Positions 49,310 through 62,531 of a DNA stretch of 64,000 nt are shown piece after piece. How positions within the stretch are numbered: position 1 is the first letter of the stretch; every line of letters starts with the position of its first letter. A program made the position numbers and the translations under genes. Origin of the DNA: Gammaproteobacteria bacterium. GTDB taxonomy: Bacteria > Pseudomonadota > Gammaproteobacteria > Pseudomonadales > UBA5518. A model generated the notes under the pieces. That model worked only from the letters and a program-made list of their open reading frames with translations. It ran no database searches and was not told the origin of the DNA. Where the stretch lies: positions 509,765-573,764 of the forward strand of contig JADKDK010000006.1 in NCBI GenBank assembly GCA_016718385.1, written 5' to 3'.

Positions 49310-50320
49310 ATGAAGAAATACAACGTCTACGGCATGGGCGCCGCACTGGTCGACACGGAGATCGAGGTCGACGACACGTTCCTCGGTTCCGCCGGCATCG
49401 ACAAGGGCGTGATGACGCTGGTCGACGAGGCGCGCCAGGACCGGCTGCTCGCGATGCTCAGCACGCACCTGGTGGCGTCGCGGCGCGCGAGCGGCGGATC
49501 GGCCGCGAACTCCGTGATCGCCACGAGCTGCTTCGGCGGGCGCGCGTTCTACACCTGCAAGGTCGCCGACGACGAGAACGGGCGCTTCTACCTGGCCGAC
49601 ATGGCGCGCGCCGGCGTCGACTGCAACGCCTGCGCGGGACGCGAGAGCGGCGTGACCGGCAAGTGCCTGGTGATGATCACGCCGGACGCCGAGCGCACGA
49701 TGAACACCTTCCTCGGCATCAGCTCCACGCTGTCGGCGGACAACCTCGACGAGGCCGCGCTCGCCGCCTCGGAGTACCTCTACGTCGAGGGCTACCTCGT
49801 CACCTCGCCGACCGGGCGCGCGGCGGCGATCGCGGCGCGCGAATTCGCCGCGCGCAACGGCGTGCGCACCGCGCTCAGCTTCTCCGATCCCGGCATCGTC
49901 GCGCACTTTCGCGACGGGCTGGCCGACATGATCGGTCCCGACGACATCGACCTGCTGTTCTGCAACCTCGCGGAGGCGCAGGAATGGACCGGCGCAGAGC
50001 GCCTGGAGGACGCGGCCGAGGGCCTGCGCCGGGTGGCGCGGTCCTTCGCGGTCACGCTGGGCGGCGAGGGAGCGCTGGTCTTCGACGGGCGTCATTACCA
50101 CCGCATCGCGCCGCACCCTGTGAAGCCGATCGACACCAACGGCGCCGGCGACATGTTCGCGGGCGCCTACATCTTCGGCATCACCAACGGCTTCGACGCG
50201 GTCGCGGCGGGACGGCTCGCGAACCGCGCCGCGGCGGAACTGGTCACGCACTACGGCCCGCGGCTGCCCGCGCCCCTGCACCGCCAGCTGCTGGAGGAGT
50301 TCAACCGCGAGCAGGGTTGA
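49310..50320 (+). CDS. PfkB-family kinase (adenosine-kinase-like)
   Basis: Within ORF 48998..50320, from MKKYNVYGMGAALVD... ..DTNGAGDMFAGAYIFG.. PfkB signature. Confidence 0.8.
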   Translation: MKKYNVYGMGAALVDTEIEVDDTFLGSAGIDKGVMTLVDEARQDRLLAMLSTHLVASRRASGGSAANSVIATSCFGGRAFYTCKVADDENGRFYLADMARAGVDCNACAGRESGVTGKCLVMITPDAERTMNTFLGISSTLSADNLDEAALAASEYLYVEGYLVTSPTGRAAAIAAREFAARNGVRTALSFSDPGIVAHFRDGLADMIGPDDIDLLFCNLAEAQEWTGAERLEDAAEGLRRVARSFAVTLGGEGALVFDGRHYHRIAPHPVKPIDTNGAGDMFAGAYIFGITNGFDAVAAGRLANRAAAELVTHYGPRLPAPLHRQLLEEFNREQG

Positions 50321-50325
50321 ACGAC

Positions 50326-50423
50326 GTCCGGACTAAGCCGGACCTGCGGAGCGCGCGCGCAGGTCCGGCGCAGGTTCGGCGCAGGTTCGGCTTCAGCCGA
50401 ACATGGTCCGGATGAATCCGGAC
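50326..50423. repeat. REP cluster: hairpin, 11-bp tandem 5' half-REP units x3, two further hairpins
   Basis: GTCCGGACTAAGCCGGAC (50326-50343). AGGTCCGGCGC / AGGTTCGGCGC / AGGTTCGGCTT.. (50361-50393) runs into GCAGGTTCGGCTTCAGCCGAAC (50381-50402). Then GTCCGGATGAATCCGGAC (50406-50423). Confidence 0.85.
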
Positions 50424-50437
50424 CCGACGCCGCCGTC

Positions 50438-51487
50438 TCAGCCCTGCGCCAGCAGTTCGCGCAGGTCGATCACGCCGGCGTTGGCGCGCGAGATGTAGGA
50501 GGCCATCACCAGCGAATGGTTCGCGAGCGGTCCGTAGCCGGTGCCGTTCAGTATCACCGGGCTCCACATCGCCTCCTGCGTGCCCTCGAGCTCGCGGATG
50601 ATCTGGCGCAGGCTGACGGCGGCGTTCTTGCGCGCGAGCACGTCGGCGAAGTCCACCTCGACCGCGCGCAGGAACTGGATCAGCGCCCAGGTCGAACCGC
50701 GCGCCTCGTAGAAGACGTCGTCGATCTCGAACCACGGCGTCTTCGACTCGAACTCGCTGCTGCCCGGCGTCGACTGGTGCGCCGCCGGGTCGCCGGCCAG
50801 GTCGACGTTGAGACGGGTCTTGCCGACGCTCGCGCTCAGGCGCTGCGACAGGCTGCCGAGCCGGCTCTGCACCGTGCCGAGCCAGTAGCGCAGGTTGTCG
50901 GCGCGGGCGTAGAACTGCGCGTCGGGGTTCGCGGTGTCGCCGAGGCGCTTGGCGTAGGCCTCGAGGTGCCGGATGCCCTCGCGGTACTCCGACTCGCTGG
51001 GCGGCAGCAGCCAGGAGCTGTTGTCGAAGTTGAACTGCGGTTCCGCCAGCGCGAGGTCCGGGTCTTCCTTCGACTGCGACTGCGAGCGGCTCAGCGTCTC
51101 GCGCATCGCCTTCGCGAGGTCGCGCACCTGCACCAGCGCGCCGAACTCCCAGTTCGGCATGTTGTCCAGCAGCACGCCCGGCGGCAACCGGTCGTTGCTG
51201 AGGTAGCCGCCCGGCTTGTCCAGCAGCATCTCGGCCACGCCGACCAGCGTGGCCGTGGTCGTGGTGCCGACCACGACCGGGCGCGCCTGGCGCTCCGCGA
51301 AGCGCGCGGCGTACTGGCGCACGTCGAAGGCCTCCGGCTCGTTCGACCAGTACAGGGAGAGCGCCACGTTCACGATCGCGAGCAGTCCCACCGCCGCCGC
51401 AACGCCCACCGCCGCGGCGCCGCCCGGCGCCAGCGTCTTGCCGAGGGCCCGCGTCCGTCCTTCCTCGATGTTCACGCCGGTTTCCAT
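50438..51487 (-). CDS. DUF2333-family protein
   Basis: ORF 50438..51541, start at METGVNIEE (51487, GGGGAG RBS). ..LLDKPGGYLSNDRLPPGVLLDNMPNWEFGALVQVRDLAKAMRE.. matches my memory of DUF2333. Confidence 0.7.
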   Translation of the reverse strand: METGVNIEEGRTRALGKTLAPGGAAAVGVAAAVGLLAIVNVALSLYWSNEPEAFDVRQYAARFAERQARPVVVGTTTTATLVGVAEMLLDKPGGYLSNDRLPPGVLLDNMPNWEFGALVQVRDLAKAMRETLSRSQSQSKEDPDLALAEPQFNFDNSSWLLPPSESEYREGIRHLEAYAKRLGDTANPDAQFYARADNLRYWLGTVQSRLGSLSQRLSASVGKTRLNVDLAGDPAAHQSTPGSSEFESKTPWFEIDDVFYEARGSTWALIQFLRAVEVDFADVLARKNAAVSLRQIIRELEGTQEAMWSPVILNGTGYGPLANHSLVMASYISRANAGVIDLRELLAQG

Positions 51488-51491
51488 GCTG

Positions 51492-51920
51492 TCACTCCCC
51501 GATTCCCCTGACGCGCGCCTCGGCGCATTGCTCGGCGCCATCCTCCAGCCGCAGGCAGAACGGCAGCACCGCGCCAGCGCGCGGCGCCGCGGCCAGCCCT
51601 CCCACCATCAGATGATACCCGCCTGGTTCAAGCCGCACGCTGGCGCCCGCCGCGATCTCCAGCCGCGGCACCGGGTACATGCGCATCATGCCGTCGGCAT
51701 GGCGGTGGCCGTGCACGGCCGCGCTGGCGGCGGACTCCACGCGCGCGCCCACGACCGCGACCGGCGCGTCACCGCGGTTGTGCAGTTCCATGTAGATGGC
51801 CGCGCCGCTGCTGCCCGGCGGGGGCTCGCGCAGCCAGGCGGAGGCGATCTCGAGCGGGGCGGCGAACGCCGGTCCCGCCAGCAGGGCGAGCAGGAACGCG
51901 CCCGGAAGCGTGCGTCTCAT
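51492..51920 (-). CDS. periplasmic copper chaperone PCu(A)C
   Basis: ORF 51492..51980, start at MRRTLPGAFLL.. (51920). ..AAIYMELHN.. ..VHGHRHADGMMRMYPV.. ..GGYHLMV.. metal-binding pattern. Confidence 0.75.
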   Translation of the reverse strand: MRRTLPGAFLLALLAGPAFAAPLEIASAWLREPPPGSSGAAIYMELHNRGDAPVAVVGARVESAASAAVHGHRHADGMMRMYPVPRLEIAAGASVRLEPGGYHLMVGGLAAAPRAGAVLPFCLRLEDGAEQCAEARVRGIGE

Positions 51921-52075
51921 GCGGTGAACGACCTCGGTACGACGATCGCCGGTATTCTGCCACAGGGCGTCGCGGCGCACGGGCGGTAATTATTGACCCT
52001 CGATGCGGCGCGCCGGCACTGGCTAGAATGCGCCGCGCGGCCCGAACCGGCCGCCGCCCCGAAGGATGCCGTTCC

Positions 52076-53845
52076 ATGATGCCGAGACTGCTGCTGATCT
52101 GCGCCCTGCTGTGGGGCACGAACGTCGCCGTCGCGCAACCGGATCCGCTGGCCGGCACCTCGCCCGGCACCGCGATGCTGGGCACCGCGCGCGAATTCCT
52201 GCGCGTGGACGAGGCCTATCCGCTCACGGTCGAGTTGCACGAAGGCCAGGCGCTGGTGCGGTGGGACATCACGCCGGGCTATTACCTCTACCGGGAACGG
52301 ATCGGCTTCCGGCTGCTGACCGGGAGCGCCGCGGAGCCGATCGCGGTCGCGCTGCCCGCCGGCGAGGCGCACGAGGACCCGAACCTCGGGGCGACCGAGG
52401 TCTATCGCGGCGCGCTCGCGGTGACCGTGCCCCTGCCCCGCCCGGGTCCACTGCGACTCGAGGTGAAGTCGCAGGGCTGCGCCGACGCCGGCCTGTGCTA
52501 CCCGCCGCGCACGCGCCTGTTCGCGCTCGACCCGGCCACCGGCAGCGTGACCGAGACCGCGGCGGAGCAACGGCCGGCCGGCGCCGCGACGAACCCGGCG
52601 CCGGCCGCGGTGCCCACCGCGGCGCCGGCGGACATCGCGCGCCTGGCGTGGATGGCGCTGCTGGCGGCGCTGGGCGGCATGATCCTGAACCTGATGCCGT
52701 GCGTGTTCCCGGTGCTCTCGCTGAAGGTACTGGGCATCGCGGCCAAGGGCGGTGACGGTCACGGCAAGGCGCTGCACGGCCTGGTCTACGCGGCCGGGGT
52801 GGTGCTCAGCTTCGTCGCCGTCGCCGGCCTGCTGCTCGCGCTGCGCGGCGCGGGCGCCGCGATCGGCTGGGGCTTCCACCTGCAGTCGCCCGCCTTCGTG
52901 GCGGCGCTCGCGTACCTGTTCGCGGTGATGGGGCTCGGACTCTCGGGGATGATCGACCTGGGCTCCGGCATCATGGGCAGCGGCGAGAGCCTCGCGCGCC
53001 AAGGCGGCTACCGCGGCTCGTTCTTCACCGGCGTGCTGGCCACCGTCGTCGCGAGCCCCTGCTCCGCGCCGTTCATGGGCACGGCGCTCGGCTTCGCGAT
53101 GACGCAGCCGCCCGTCTACGCGCTGGCGATCTTCGCCGCGCTCGGCCTCGGCATGGCCGCGCCGTTCGTGCTGTTGACGATGAGCCCCGCGCTGCTGAAC
53201 CGGCTGCCCCGCCCCGGCCCGTGGATGGACGGTTTCAAGCAGTTCCTCGCCTTCCCGCTGTACGCGGCCGCCGTCTGGCTGCTGTGGGTGGTGGGCAACC
53301 AGACCGGCGTGAACGGCATGGCGGCCGTGACCGGCGGCTGCGTGCTGATCGCCCTCGGGCTGTGGTGCTGGGAGCACGCGAAGCTGCACCGCCGCCCGCT
53401 GCCCCTGCGGCTGCTGGGCGCGGCGATCTGCGCCTCGGCGCTGCTGGTGCTGCGCTCGCCGCTGCTCGACGAGCGCCCGGCGGGGCGCGCCGAGGCGAGT
53501 CGCGCGTGGGAGGACTACAGCCCTGCCCGGCTGGAGGAGCTGCGCGCGGCCGCCACCCCGGTGTTCGTCAACGTCACGGCCGACTGGTGCATCACCTGCC
53601 TGGCGAACGAGCGGATCGCGCTGTCCTCGGCGGCGGTGCTGGCGGCGTTCCGCGACCGGGGGATCGTGTACCTGAAAGGCGACTGGACCAACAGCGACCC
53701 GGAGCTGACCGCCCTGCTGCAGGCCCACGGCCGCAGCGGCGTACCGCTGTACCTGTACTATCCCGCCGCGGCCGGCGCCGCGGCCATCCTGCTGCCGCAG
53801 CTGCTGACGCCGTCGATCGTGCTGGAGACCATCGGCGCACGCTGA
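52076..53845 (+). CDS. dsbD: thiol:disulfide interchange protein DsbD
   Basis: ORF 52028..53845, from MMPRLLLICALL... N-terminal domain CADAGLCYPP, TM core ..NLMPCVFPVL.. / ..ASPCSAPF.., and C-terminal thioredoxin WCITC. Confidence 0.9.
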   Translation: MMPRLLLICALLWGTNVAVAQPDPLAGTSPGTAMLGTAREFLRVDEAYPLTVELHEGQALVRWDITPGYYLYRERIGFRLLTGSAAEPIAVALPAGEAHEDPNLGATEVYRGALAVTVPLPRPGPLRLEVKSQGCADAGLCYPPRTRLFALDPATGSVTETAAEQRPAGAATNPAPAAVPTAAPADIARLAWMALLAALGGMILNLMPCVFPVLSLKVLGIAAKGGDGHGKALHGLVYAAGVVLSFVAVAGLLLALRGAGAAIGWGFHLQSPAFVAALAYLFAVMGLGLSGMIDLGSGIMGSGESLARQGGYRGSFFTGVLATVVASPCSAPFMGTALGFAMTQPPVYALAIFAALGLGMAAPFVLLTMSPALLNRLPRPGPWMDGFKQFLAFPLYAAAVWLLWVVGNQTGVNGMAAVTGGCVLIALGLWCWEHAKLHRRPLPLRLLGAAICASALLVLRSPLLDERPAGRAEASRAWEDYSPARLEELRAAATPVFVNVTADWCITCLANERIALSSAAVLAAFRDRGIVYLKGDWTNSDPELTALLQAHGRSGVPLYLYYPAAAGAAAILLPQLLTPSIVLETIGAR

Positions 53846-53992
53846 TCCTGCCCCATTTTCAGCGAATTTGCGCTTATCGTGCCCGAACTGCTCCGTTCTA
53901 TGGACGAATCGGGCGATTTGCGGCAGAATCGCGCCTGCTTACCGACAATCCCCGGCAGCGGTTTGCACCGCGCTCCGCGAGCAAGAATCGAC

Positions 53993-54439
53993 ATGGCCAC
54001 GATCCTGGTGCTGCACGGCCCGAACCTGAACCTGCTGGGCGCACGGGAGCCGCAGACCTACGGCAGCGTGACCCTGGAACAGATCAACCAGCGCCTCGCC
54101 GGCATCGCCGTCGGCGCCGGGCATCACCTGCAGACCCTGCAGAGCAATGCCGAGCACGAGCTGATCGAGCGCATCCACGCGGCGCGCTCCGAGGGCATCG
54201 GGTTCATCGTGATCAACCCGGGCGGCTTCACGCACACCAGCGTCGCCCTGCGCGACGCCCTGCTCGGGGTCGCCGTCCCGTTCATCGAAGTGCACATCTC
54301 CAACGTCCATGCGCGCGAGCCGTTCCGCCGCCACTCGTATTTCTCCGACGTCGCCGTCGGGGTGATCTGCGGACTCGGTCCGCTCGGATACGAACTGGCG
54401 CTGCAGGCGGCGATCGCGCGCCTCACACCAGCAACCTGA
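53993..54439 (+). CDS. aroQ: type II 3-dehydroquinate dehydratase
   Basis: [24 protein letters not shown].. ..[16 protein letters not shown].. ..[14 protein letters not shown]... Confidence 0.95.
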   Translation: MATILVLHGPNLNLLGAREPQTYGSVTLEQINQRLAGIAVGAGHHLQTLQSNAEHELIERIHAARSEGIGFIVINPGGFTHTSVALRDALLGVAVPFIEVHISNVHAREPFRRHSYFSDVAVGVICGLGPLGYELALQAAIARLTPAT

Positions 54440-54458
54440 AACCAGCGAAGGGCACGCC

Positions 54459-54929
54459 ATGGATATCCGCAAGATCAAGACCCTCATCGAGCTGCTCGAA
54501 GGCTCCGATGTCACCGAAATCGAAATCTGCGAGGGTGAGGAATCGGTGCGCATCAGCCGCGGCCACGTGCAGCCGGTCTACGCCGCGCCGCCCATGCCGA
54601 TGCCGATGGCGGCCGCGCACGCTGCGCCGGCAGCACCCGCTGCGGCGCCCGCGGCAGCGGCGCCGGCCACGCCTGCCGCAGCCGCCGAGCCGGCGGGCCA
54701 CCTGTTGCGCTCGCCGATGGTGGGCACCTTCTACCGCTCGCCCTCGCCGGGCGCCAAGGCCTTCGTCGAGGCCGGCCAGAGCGTGAAGCCCGGCGACGTG
54801 ATCTGCATCATCGAGGCCATGAAGATGATGAACCACATCGAGGCCGACAAGGCCGGCACGATCGGCGCGATCCTGGTCGAGGACGGCCAGCCGGTCGAGT
54901 TCGACCAGCCGCTGGTCAGCATCGTCTGA
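54459..54929 (+). CDS. accB: acetyl-CoA carboxylase biotin carboxyl carrier protein
   Basis: ORF 54459..54929. Pro/Ala linker and EAMKMMN biotinylation motif. Confidence 0.95.
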   Translation: MDIRKIKTLIELLEGSDVTEIEICEGEESVRISRGHVQPVYAAPPMPMPMAAAHAAPAAPAAAPAAAAPATPAAAAEPAGHLLRSPMVGTFYRSPSPGAKAFVEAGQSVKPGDVICIIEAMKMMNHIEADKAGTIGAILVEDGQPVEFDQPLVSIV

Positions 54930-54964
54930 GCACCGGCCACCGCCCCAGCACAGGATCGCCACCC

Positions 54965-56305
<1,341 letters not shown>

Positions 56306-56311
56306 GCCCCC

Positions 56312-57220
56312 ATGGGCTGGCTGCAGCTGCGCCTGGTGGCGACCGCCGACCGCGTCGAGGCGGTGGAGGACGCGCTGCTCGCACTCGGCGCGCTGTCGGT
56401 CACGCTCGCTGACCACCGCGACTTGCCGATCCTCGAGCCCGGCGTCGGCGAGACGCCGCTGTGGCCCGAGGTGGACCTGATCGCGCTGTTCGACGCCGAC
56501 ACCGACCGTGACGCGACCGGCGCGGCGCTGGCTGCACTGCTGGGTGAAGCGGCGCGCGAACTGCCGTGGGAATACCTCGAGGACCGCGCCTGGGAGCGCG
56601 AGTGGCTGCAGTACTTCGCGCCGCTGCGCTTCGGCGAGCGCTTCTGGGTCTGCCCGAGCGGCCACGAGGTGGCCGATCCGGACGCCATCGTGATGCACCT
56701 GGATCCGGGACTCGCCTTCGGCACCGGCACGCACCAGACCACGGCGCTCTGCCTGGAATGGCTGGCGACGCATGCGGTCGCGGGCCGCGACGTCATCGAT
56801 TACGGCTGCGGCTCGGGCATCCTCGGCGTGGCTGCGCTGCTGCTCGGCGCCCGTCGCGTGCGCGCGGTCGACATCGACCCGCAGGCGCTCACCGCGACCC
56901 ACGACAACGCCGCGCGCAACGGTCTCGACGAGCCGGCGCGACTGCTGGTCGGCGCGCCCGCGCTGCTCGACGACGCCGCGCCCGCGGAGCTGCTGCTGGC
57001 CAACATCCTCGCCGGCCCCCTGATCGAGCTCGCGCCGCGGCTGGCGGCGCTGGTCGCTCCCGGCGGGCACGCGGTGCTCTCGGGCGTGCTCGCGACGCAG
57101 GCCGACAGCGTGCTTGCCGCCTGGCTGCCGTGGTTCACGCACCTCGGCACCGCGCATCGCGACGAGTGGTGCCGCATCGAGCTGCAGCGATCGGAGCGCC
57201 CTGCCCCGTGTCCGGCATGA
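56312..57220 (+). CDS. prmA: ribosomal protein L11 methyltransferase
   Basis: ORF 56312..57220. ..LDPGLAFGTGTHQTT.. ..VIDYGCGSGILG... Confidence 0.9.
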   Translation: MGWLQLRLVATADRVEAVEDALLALGALSVTLADHRDLPILEPGVGETPLWPEVDLIALFDADTDRDATGAALAALLGEAARELPWEYLEDRAWEREWLQYFAPLRFGERFWVCPSGHEVADPDAIVMHLDPGLAFGTGTHQTTALCLEWLATHAVAGRDVIDYGCGSGILGVAALLLGARRVRAVDIDPQALTATHDNAARNGLDEPARLLVGAPALLDDAAPAELLLANILAGPLIELAPRLAALVAPGGHAVLSGVLATQADSVLAAWLPWFTHLGTAHRDEWCRIELQRSERPAPCPA

Positions 57221-58125
57221 TCACGCGCTGCCCGCTGTGCCAGACCGCGTTCCGCGTCACGGCGGCGCAGCTGGGCGCGGCCGCAGGGCTGGTGCGCTGC
57301 GGCGCCTGCAACCATGTGTTCGAGGCCGGACGGCAGCAGGTATCGGCCGAACCCGGACTGATCCTGCCTCCCGGCCTCGTGACGCCGGCACCCGGCCCTG
57401 TCGGCCTGGACGAGAGCTATATCCGCGACCTGCTGCGCGAGGAGCCGGAATCCGGCGCGCCGCCCGCCGCACCGACCCACGGCGATGCGCTCGCCAGGAA
57501 CCCTGGCGACGGCGGCGACGCAGCGGCGGCAACGATCGCCGCCATCGACGCGCCAGCGATCGACGCGGCGCAGCCGCCCGGCCCACCACCGGTATTCGTC
57601 CCGCCGCCGATCGAGATCGGGGCTCCGGCCAAGGCGGCGCCGGCACCGCGGCGCATCGGCTGGATGCTGGGCTGCATCGCCGCCGCGCTGGCGCTGCTCG
57701 TCCAGTTCGCCTGGCACGACCGCGACCGGCTCCTGCGCGATCCCGACTGGCGGCCGCGACTGGATGCTGCCTGCGCGCTGCTCGGCTGCACGCTGGCGCG
57801 CCCGCGCGACACGGCGCTGATCCGCAGCGACGGCCTCCTGATCCGGCCGGCCCCCGGACGCGAGGGCGTGCTGCTGGTCGATGCGCTGCTCAGCAACCTC
57901 GCCGCGTATCCGCAGGCCTGGCCGCATCTGGAGATCGTGTTCTCCGACATGCAGGGGCGCGCGCTTGCCGGCCGCGTGTTCACGCCGGCGGAATACCTGC
58001 CGGCGGGGCCGCGCGGCGACATGCCGGTACGCCAGGCCGTCGCGGTGCACCTGGAGATCCGCGACCCTGGCGCCAACGCCACCAACTACCGTCTGTTCGT
58101 GCGCCCCGCACCTGCCACTGGCTGA
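57217..58125 (+). CDS. MJ0042-type zinc-ribbon / DUF3426 protein
   Basis: MITRCPLCQTAFRV..VRCGACNHVF zinc ribbon, low-complexity linker, TM helix and DUF3426-like C-terminal domain. ATGA overlap with prmA. Confidence 0.75.
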   Translation: MITRCPLCQTAFRVTAAQLGAAAGLVRCGACNHVFEAGRQQVSAEPGLILPPGLVTPAPGPVGLDESYIRDLLREEPESGAPPAAPTHGDALARNPGDGGDAAAATIAAIDAPAIDAAQPPGPPPVFVPPPIEIGAPAKAAPAPRRIGWMLGCIAAALALLVQFAWHDRDRLLRDPDWRPRLDAACALLGCTLARPRDTALIRSDGLLIRPAPGREGVLLVDALLSNLAAYPQAWPHLEIVFSDMQGRALAGRVFTPAEYLPAGPRGDMPVRQAVAVHLEIRDPGANATNYRLFVRPAPATG

Positions 58126-58233
58126 GCACGGAACGCAGCGCGCGGCGACGCCACAATGCCGGTGCAATTCCCGCTCCCTCTTTAAATCACCCGCGGCCTG
58201 CCGCTATCATTCGCCCCCCCTGAGGGGCATCCC

Positions 58234-59238
58234 TTGTTCACGTTCCGCGAGAGGCGTTCATTGCTGCGCATCGGTTCTTCTTGCGTCGACACGCGCGTGG
58301 TGCTCGCGCCGATGGTCGGTGTGACGGACCTTCCGTTCCGCCACCTCTGCGTGCGCCTCGGCACGCGGCTCGCGATCGCCGAGATGGTTTCCGCCGACAC
58401 GCGCCTGTGGAGCGCACCGAGCGCGCGGCGACGCCTGGCGGCCGACAGTCACGGCGGACCGCGCTGGGTGCAGATCGTGGGCAACGAACCCGCGCAGATG
58501 GCCGAGGGCGCGCGCCGGCAGGCGGCGCTCGGCGCCGGGATCATCGACATCAACATGGGTTGCCCGGCCAGGAACGTCTGCCGCAAGGCGGCAGGTTCCG
58601 CGCTGCTGCGTGACGAACGGCTGGTGGGCGAGATCCTCGACGCCGTGGTGAACGCGGTGCCCGAGGTACCGGTCACGCTGAAGATGCGCACCGGCTGGAG
58701 CCCCTCCGATCGCAACGGCGTGCGCATCGCGCGCATTGCCGAGGACTGCGGCATCCGCGCGCTCAGCGTGCACGGGCGCACGCGCGCCTGTCGCTTCGAG
58801 GGCAGCGCCGAGTACGACACGATCCGCGACATCGTCGCGGCGGTGCGCCTGCCGGTGATCGCCAACGGCGATATCGACAGTGCCGCGAAGGCCCGCGCGG
58901 TGCTCGTTCACACCGGCGCGGCCGCGGTGATGATCGGTCGCGCGGCGCAGGGCCGCCCATGGCTCTGCGGGCAGATCGACGCGGCGCTGGCCACCGGCGC
59001 CGAGCCGCCGCAACCTGCGCGCGAGCTCGTCGAACAGCTGATGCTCGGGCACCTGGAGACGCTGCACGGTTTCTACGGCGAAACCGTGGGGACGCGCATC
59101 GCGCGCAAGCACGTCGGCTGGTACCTAGGCGAGCGCGCCGGGGCGCGCGATTTCCTGCGCGATTTCTACCGCCTCGACACCGCGGCGACGCAGCTGGCCG
59201 CGCTGGGCGACTATTTCTCGGGGGCCAGGGCAGCATGA
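58234..59238 (+). CDS. dusB: tRNA-dihydrouridine synthase B
   Basis: ORF 58234..59238. ..[15 protein letters not shown].. ..DINMGCPA... The in-frame TTG at 58261 (LLRIGSS..) aligns better with the E. coli MRIGQY.. start. Confidence 0.9.
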   Translation: MFTFRERRSLLRIGSSCVDTRVVLAPMVGVTDLPFRHLCVRLGTRLAIAEMVSADTRLWSAPSARRRLAADSHGGPRWVQIVGNEPAQMAEGARRQAALGAGIIDINMGCPARNVCRKAAGSALLRDERLVGEILDAVVNAVPEVPVTLKMRTGWSPSDRNGVRIARIAEDCGIRALSVHGRTRACRFEGSAEYDTIRDIVAAVRLPVIANGDIDSAAKARAVLVHTGAAAVMIGRAAQGRPWLCGQIDAALATGAEPPQPARELVEQLMLGHLETLHGFYGETVGTRIARKHVGWYLGERAGARDFLRDFYRLDTAATQLAALGDYFSGARAA

Positions 59239-59540
59239 GCCAGATCAACCACCCGCCGGCCCGCTACCCCGAGGTCCAAACCGGCGAGGCCGGCGCGCCG
59301 GGCGAACCCGAGCCGCGCTCGATGCGCCAGAGCGTCGAGGCTGCGCTGGACAATTACTTCGAGCAGCTCGACGGCCAGATGGTCACCGATGTCTACGACA
59401 TGGTGCTGGCCGAGGTCGAGCCACCGCTGCTCGAGGCGGTACTGAAGTACACGCGCAACAACCAGACCCTCGCCGCGACCGTGCTCGGCCTGAACCGCGG
59501 CACGCTGCGCAAGAAACTCAAACGCTACGGGATGCTGTGA
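59235..59540 (+). CDS. fis: DNA-binding protein Fis
   Basis: Tail of ORF 58959..59540, from MSQINHPP... C-terminus ..[30 protein letters not shown] overlap with dusB. Confidence 0.9.
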   Translation: MSQINHPPARYPEVQTGEAGAPGEPEPRSMRQSVEAALDNYFEQLDGQMVTDVYDMVLAEVEPPLLEAVLKYTRNNQTLAATVLGLNRGTLRKKLKRYGML

Positions 59541-61120
59541 ACATGAAAGATACCGGGGATGCCATTGCGGTGCGCCGCGCGCTGATCAGCGTGTCGGACA
59601 AGACCGGCGTGGTGGAGTTCGCGCGCGCGCTCGCCGGGCTCGGCGTGGAGATACTCTCGACCGGCGGCACCCACAAGCTGCTCGCGGCGAGCGGCGTGCC
59701 CGTGCGCGAGGTGTCGGACTACACCGGCTTTCCGGAGATGATGGACGGCCGCGTGAAGACGCTGCACCCGCGCGTACACGGCGGCATCCTCGGGCGGCGC
59801 GGCGAGGACGACGCGGTGATGGCGGCGCACGGCATCGCGCCGATCGACCTGGTGGCCGTGAACCTCTACCCGTTCGAGCAGACCGTGGCCCGCCCCGACT
59901 GCGAGCTGCCGACCGCGATCGAGAACATCGACATCGGCGGCCCGACGATGGTGCGCTCGGCGGCGAAGAACCATCGTCATGTCGGCATCGTGGTCGACGC
60001 CGGCGACTACGGACGCGTCGTCGAGGAGCTGAAGACATGCGGCGGCACCACGGCCGCGACGCGCTTCGACCTCGCCGTGAAGGCCTTCGAGCACACCGCG
60101 CGCTACGACAGCGCGATCGCCAACTACCTCGGCGCGCTGGACGCGACCGGTGCGCGCAGCCTGTTTCCGCGCACGTTCAGCCTGCAGTTCGCGAAGGCGC
60201 AGGAGATGCGCTATGGCGAGAACCCGCACCAGGAGGCGGCCTTCTACGTCGAGCACCGGGCGGGCGAGGCGAGCATCAGCACCGCGCGCCAGCTGCAGGG
60301 CAAGGAACTCTCGTACAACAACATCGCCGATACCGACGCGGCACTGGAGTGCGTGAAGCAGTTCCACGACGCGCCGGCGTGCGTGATCGTGAAACACGCC
60401 AACCCCTGCGGTGTCGCGCTCGGCGCCACGGTGCGCGAGGCCTACGAACAGGCGTGGGCCACCGACACGGAATCCGCCTTCGGCGGCATCATCGCCTTCA
60501 ACCGCGAGCTGGACGCAGAGACCGCCGCGCTGATCGTCGAGCGCCAGTTCGTCGAGGTGATCATCGCGCCGGCGGCGAGCGCAGGCGCGGTGAGCGCGGT
60601 GGCCGCGAAGAAGAACGTGCGCCTGCTGACCTGCGGCGCGCTGCCCGAAACGTCCGCGCCGCGCCTCGATTTCAAGCGCGTCACCGGTGGCCTGCTGGTG
60701 CAGGACGCCGACCTCGCGCTGTACGGCGAGCTGCGCGTGGTGAGCGCGCGCGCGCCGTCGGAAGAGGAAATGCGCGACCTGCTGTTCGCGTGGAAGGTGG
60801 CGAAGTTCGTGAAGTCCAACGCGATCGTCTACGCGCGCGACAACCGCACCATCGGCGTCGGCGCCGGGCAGATGAGCCGCGTGAACTCCGCGCGCATCGC
60901 CGCGATCAAGGCCGAGCACGCAGGCCTCGCGGTCGCGGGCGCCGTGATGGCATCGGATGCCTTCTTCCCGTTCCGCGACGGTATCGACAACGCCGCGGCG
61001 TCCGGCATCCGCGCGGTGATCCAGCCCGGGGGCTCGATGCGCGACGAGGAGGTCATCGCTGCCGCCAACGAGCACGGCATGGCGATGGTATTCACCGGGA
61101 TGCGCCACTTCCGGCACTGA
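59537..61120 (+). CDS. purH: bifunctional AICAR transformylase / IMP cyclohydrolase
   Basis: ORF 59537..61120 (GTG overlapping the fis stop; alternative ATG at 59543). ..[11 protein letters not shown].. ..GGILG.. ..SDAFFPFRD... Confidence 0.95.
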   Translation: MNMKDTGDAIAVRRALISVSDKTGVVEFARALAGLGVEILSTGGTHKLLAASGVPVREVSDYTGFPEMMDGRVKTLHPRVHGGILGRRGEDDAVMAAHGIAPIDLVAVNLYPFEQTVARPDCELPTAIENIDIGGPTMVRSAAKNHRHVGIVVDAGDYGRVVEELKTCGGTTAATRFDLAVKAFEHTARYDSAIANYLGALDATGARSLFPRTFSLQFAKAQEMRYGENPHQEAAFYVEHRAGEASISTARQLQGKELSYNNIADTDAALECVKQFHDAPACVIVKHANPCGVALGATVREAYEQAWATDTESAFGGIIAFNRELDAETAALIVERQFVEVIIAPAASAGAVSAVAAKKNVRLLTCGALPETSAPRLDFKRVTGGLLVQDADLALYGELRVVSARAPSEEEMRDLLFAWKVAKFVKSNAIVYARDNRTIGVGAGQMSRVNSARIAAIKAEHAGLAVAGAVMASDAFFPFRDGIDNAAASGIRAVIQPGGSMRDEEVIAAANEHGMAMVFTGMRHFRH

Positions 61121-61140
61121 TCCGCGCGAGGAAGCGAACA

Positions 61141-62454
<1,314 letters not shown>

Positions 62455-62498
62455 CACCGGGCACCCGGATCCCGTGGGGCCGCATTCCTGCGGACATT

Positions 62499-62520
62499 GT
62501 CCGGCTGAAGCCGGACCCAC
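62499..62520 (-). repeat. solo REP hairpin (GTGGGTCCGGCTTCAGCCGGAC on minus strand)
   Basis: The plus strand reads GTCCGGCTGAAGCCGGAC-CCAC. Confidence 0.8.
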
Positions 62521-62531
62521 GGAAGGCACCC

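Noticed and set aside
51921-52075. TTGACC ... TAGAAT as the dsbD promoter.
   Set aside because: The hexamers are separated by about 25 nt, too far for a sigma70 promoter.
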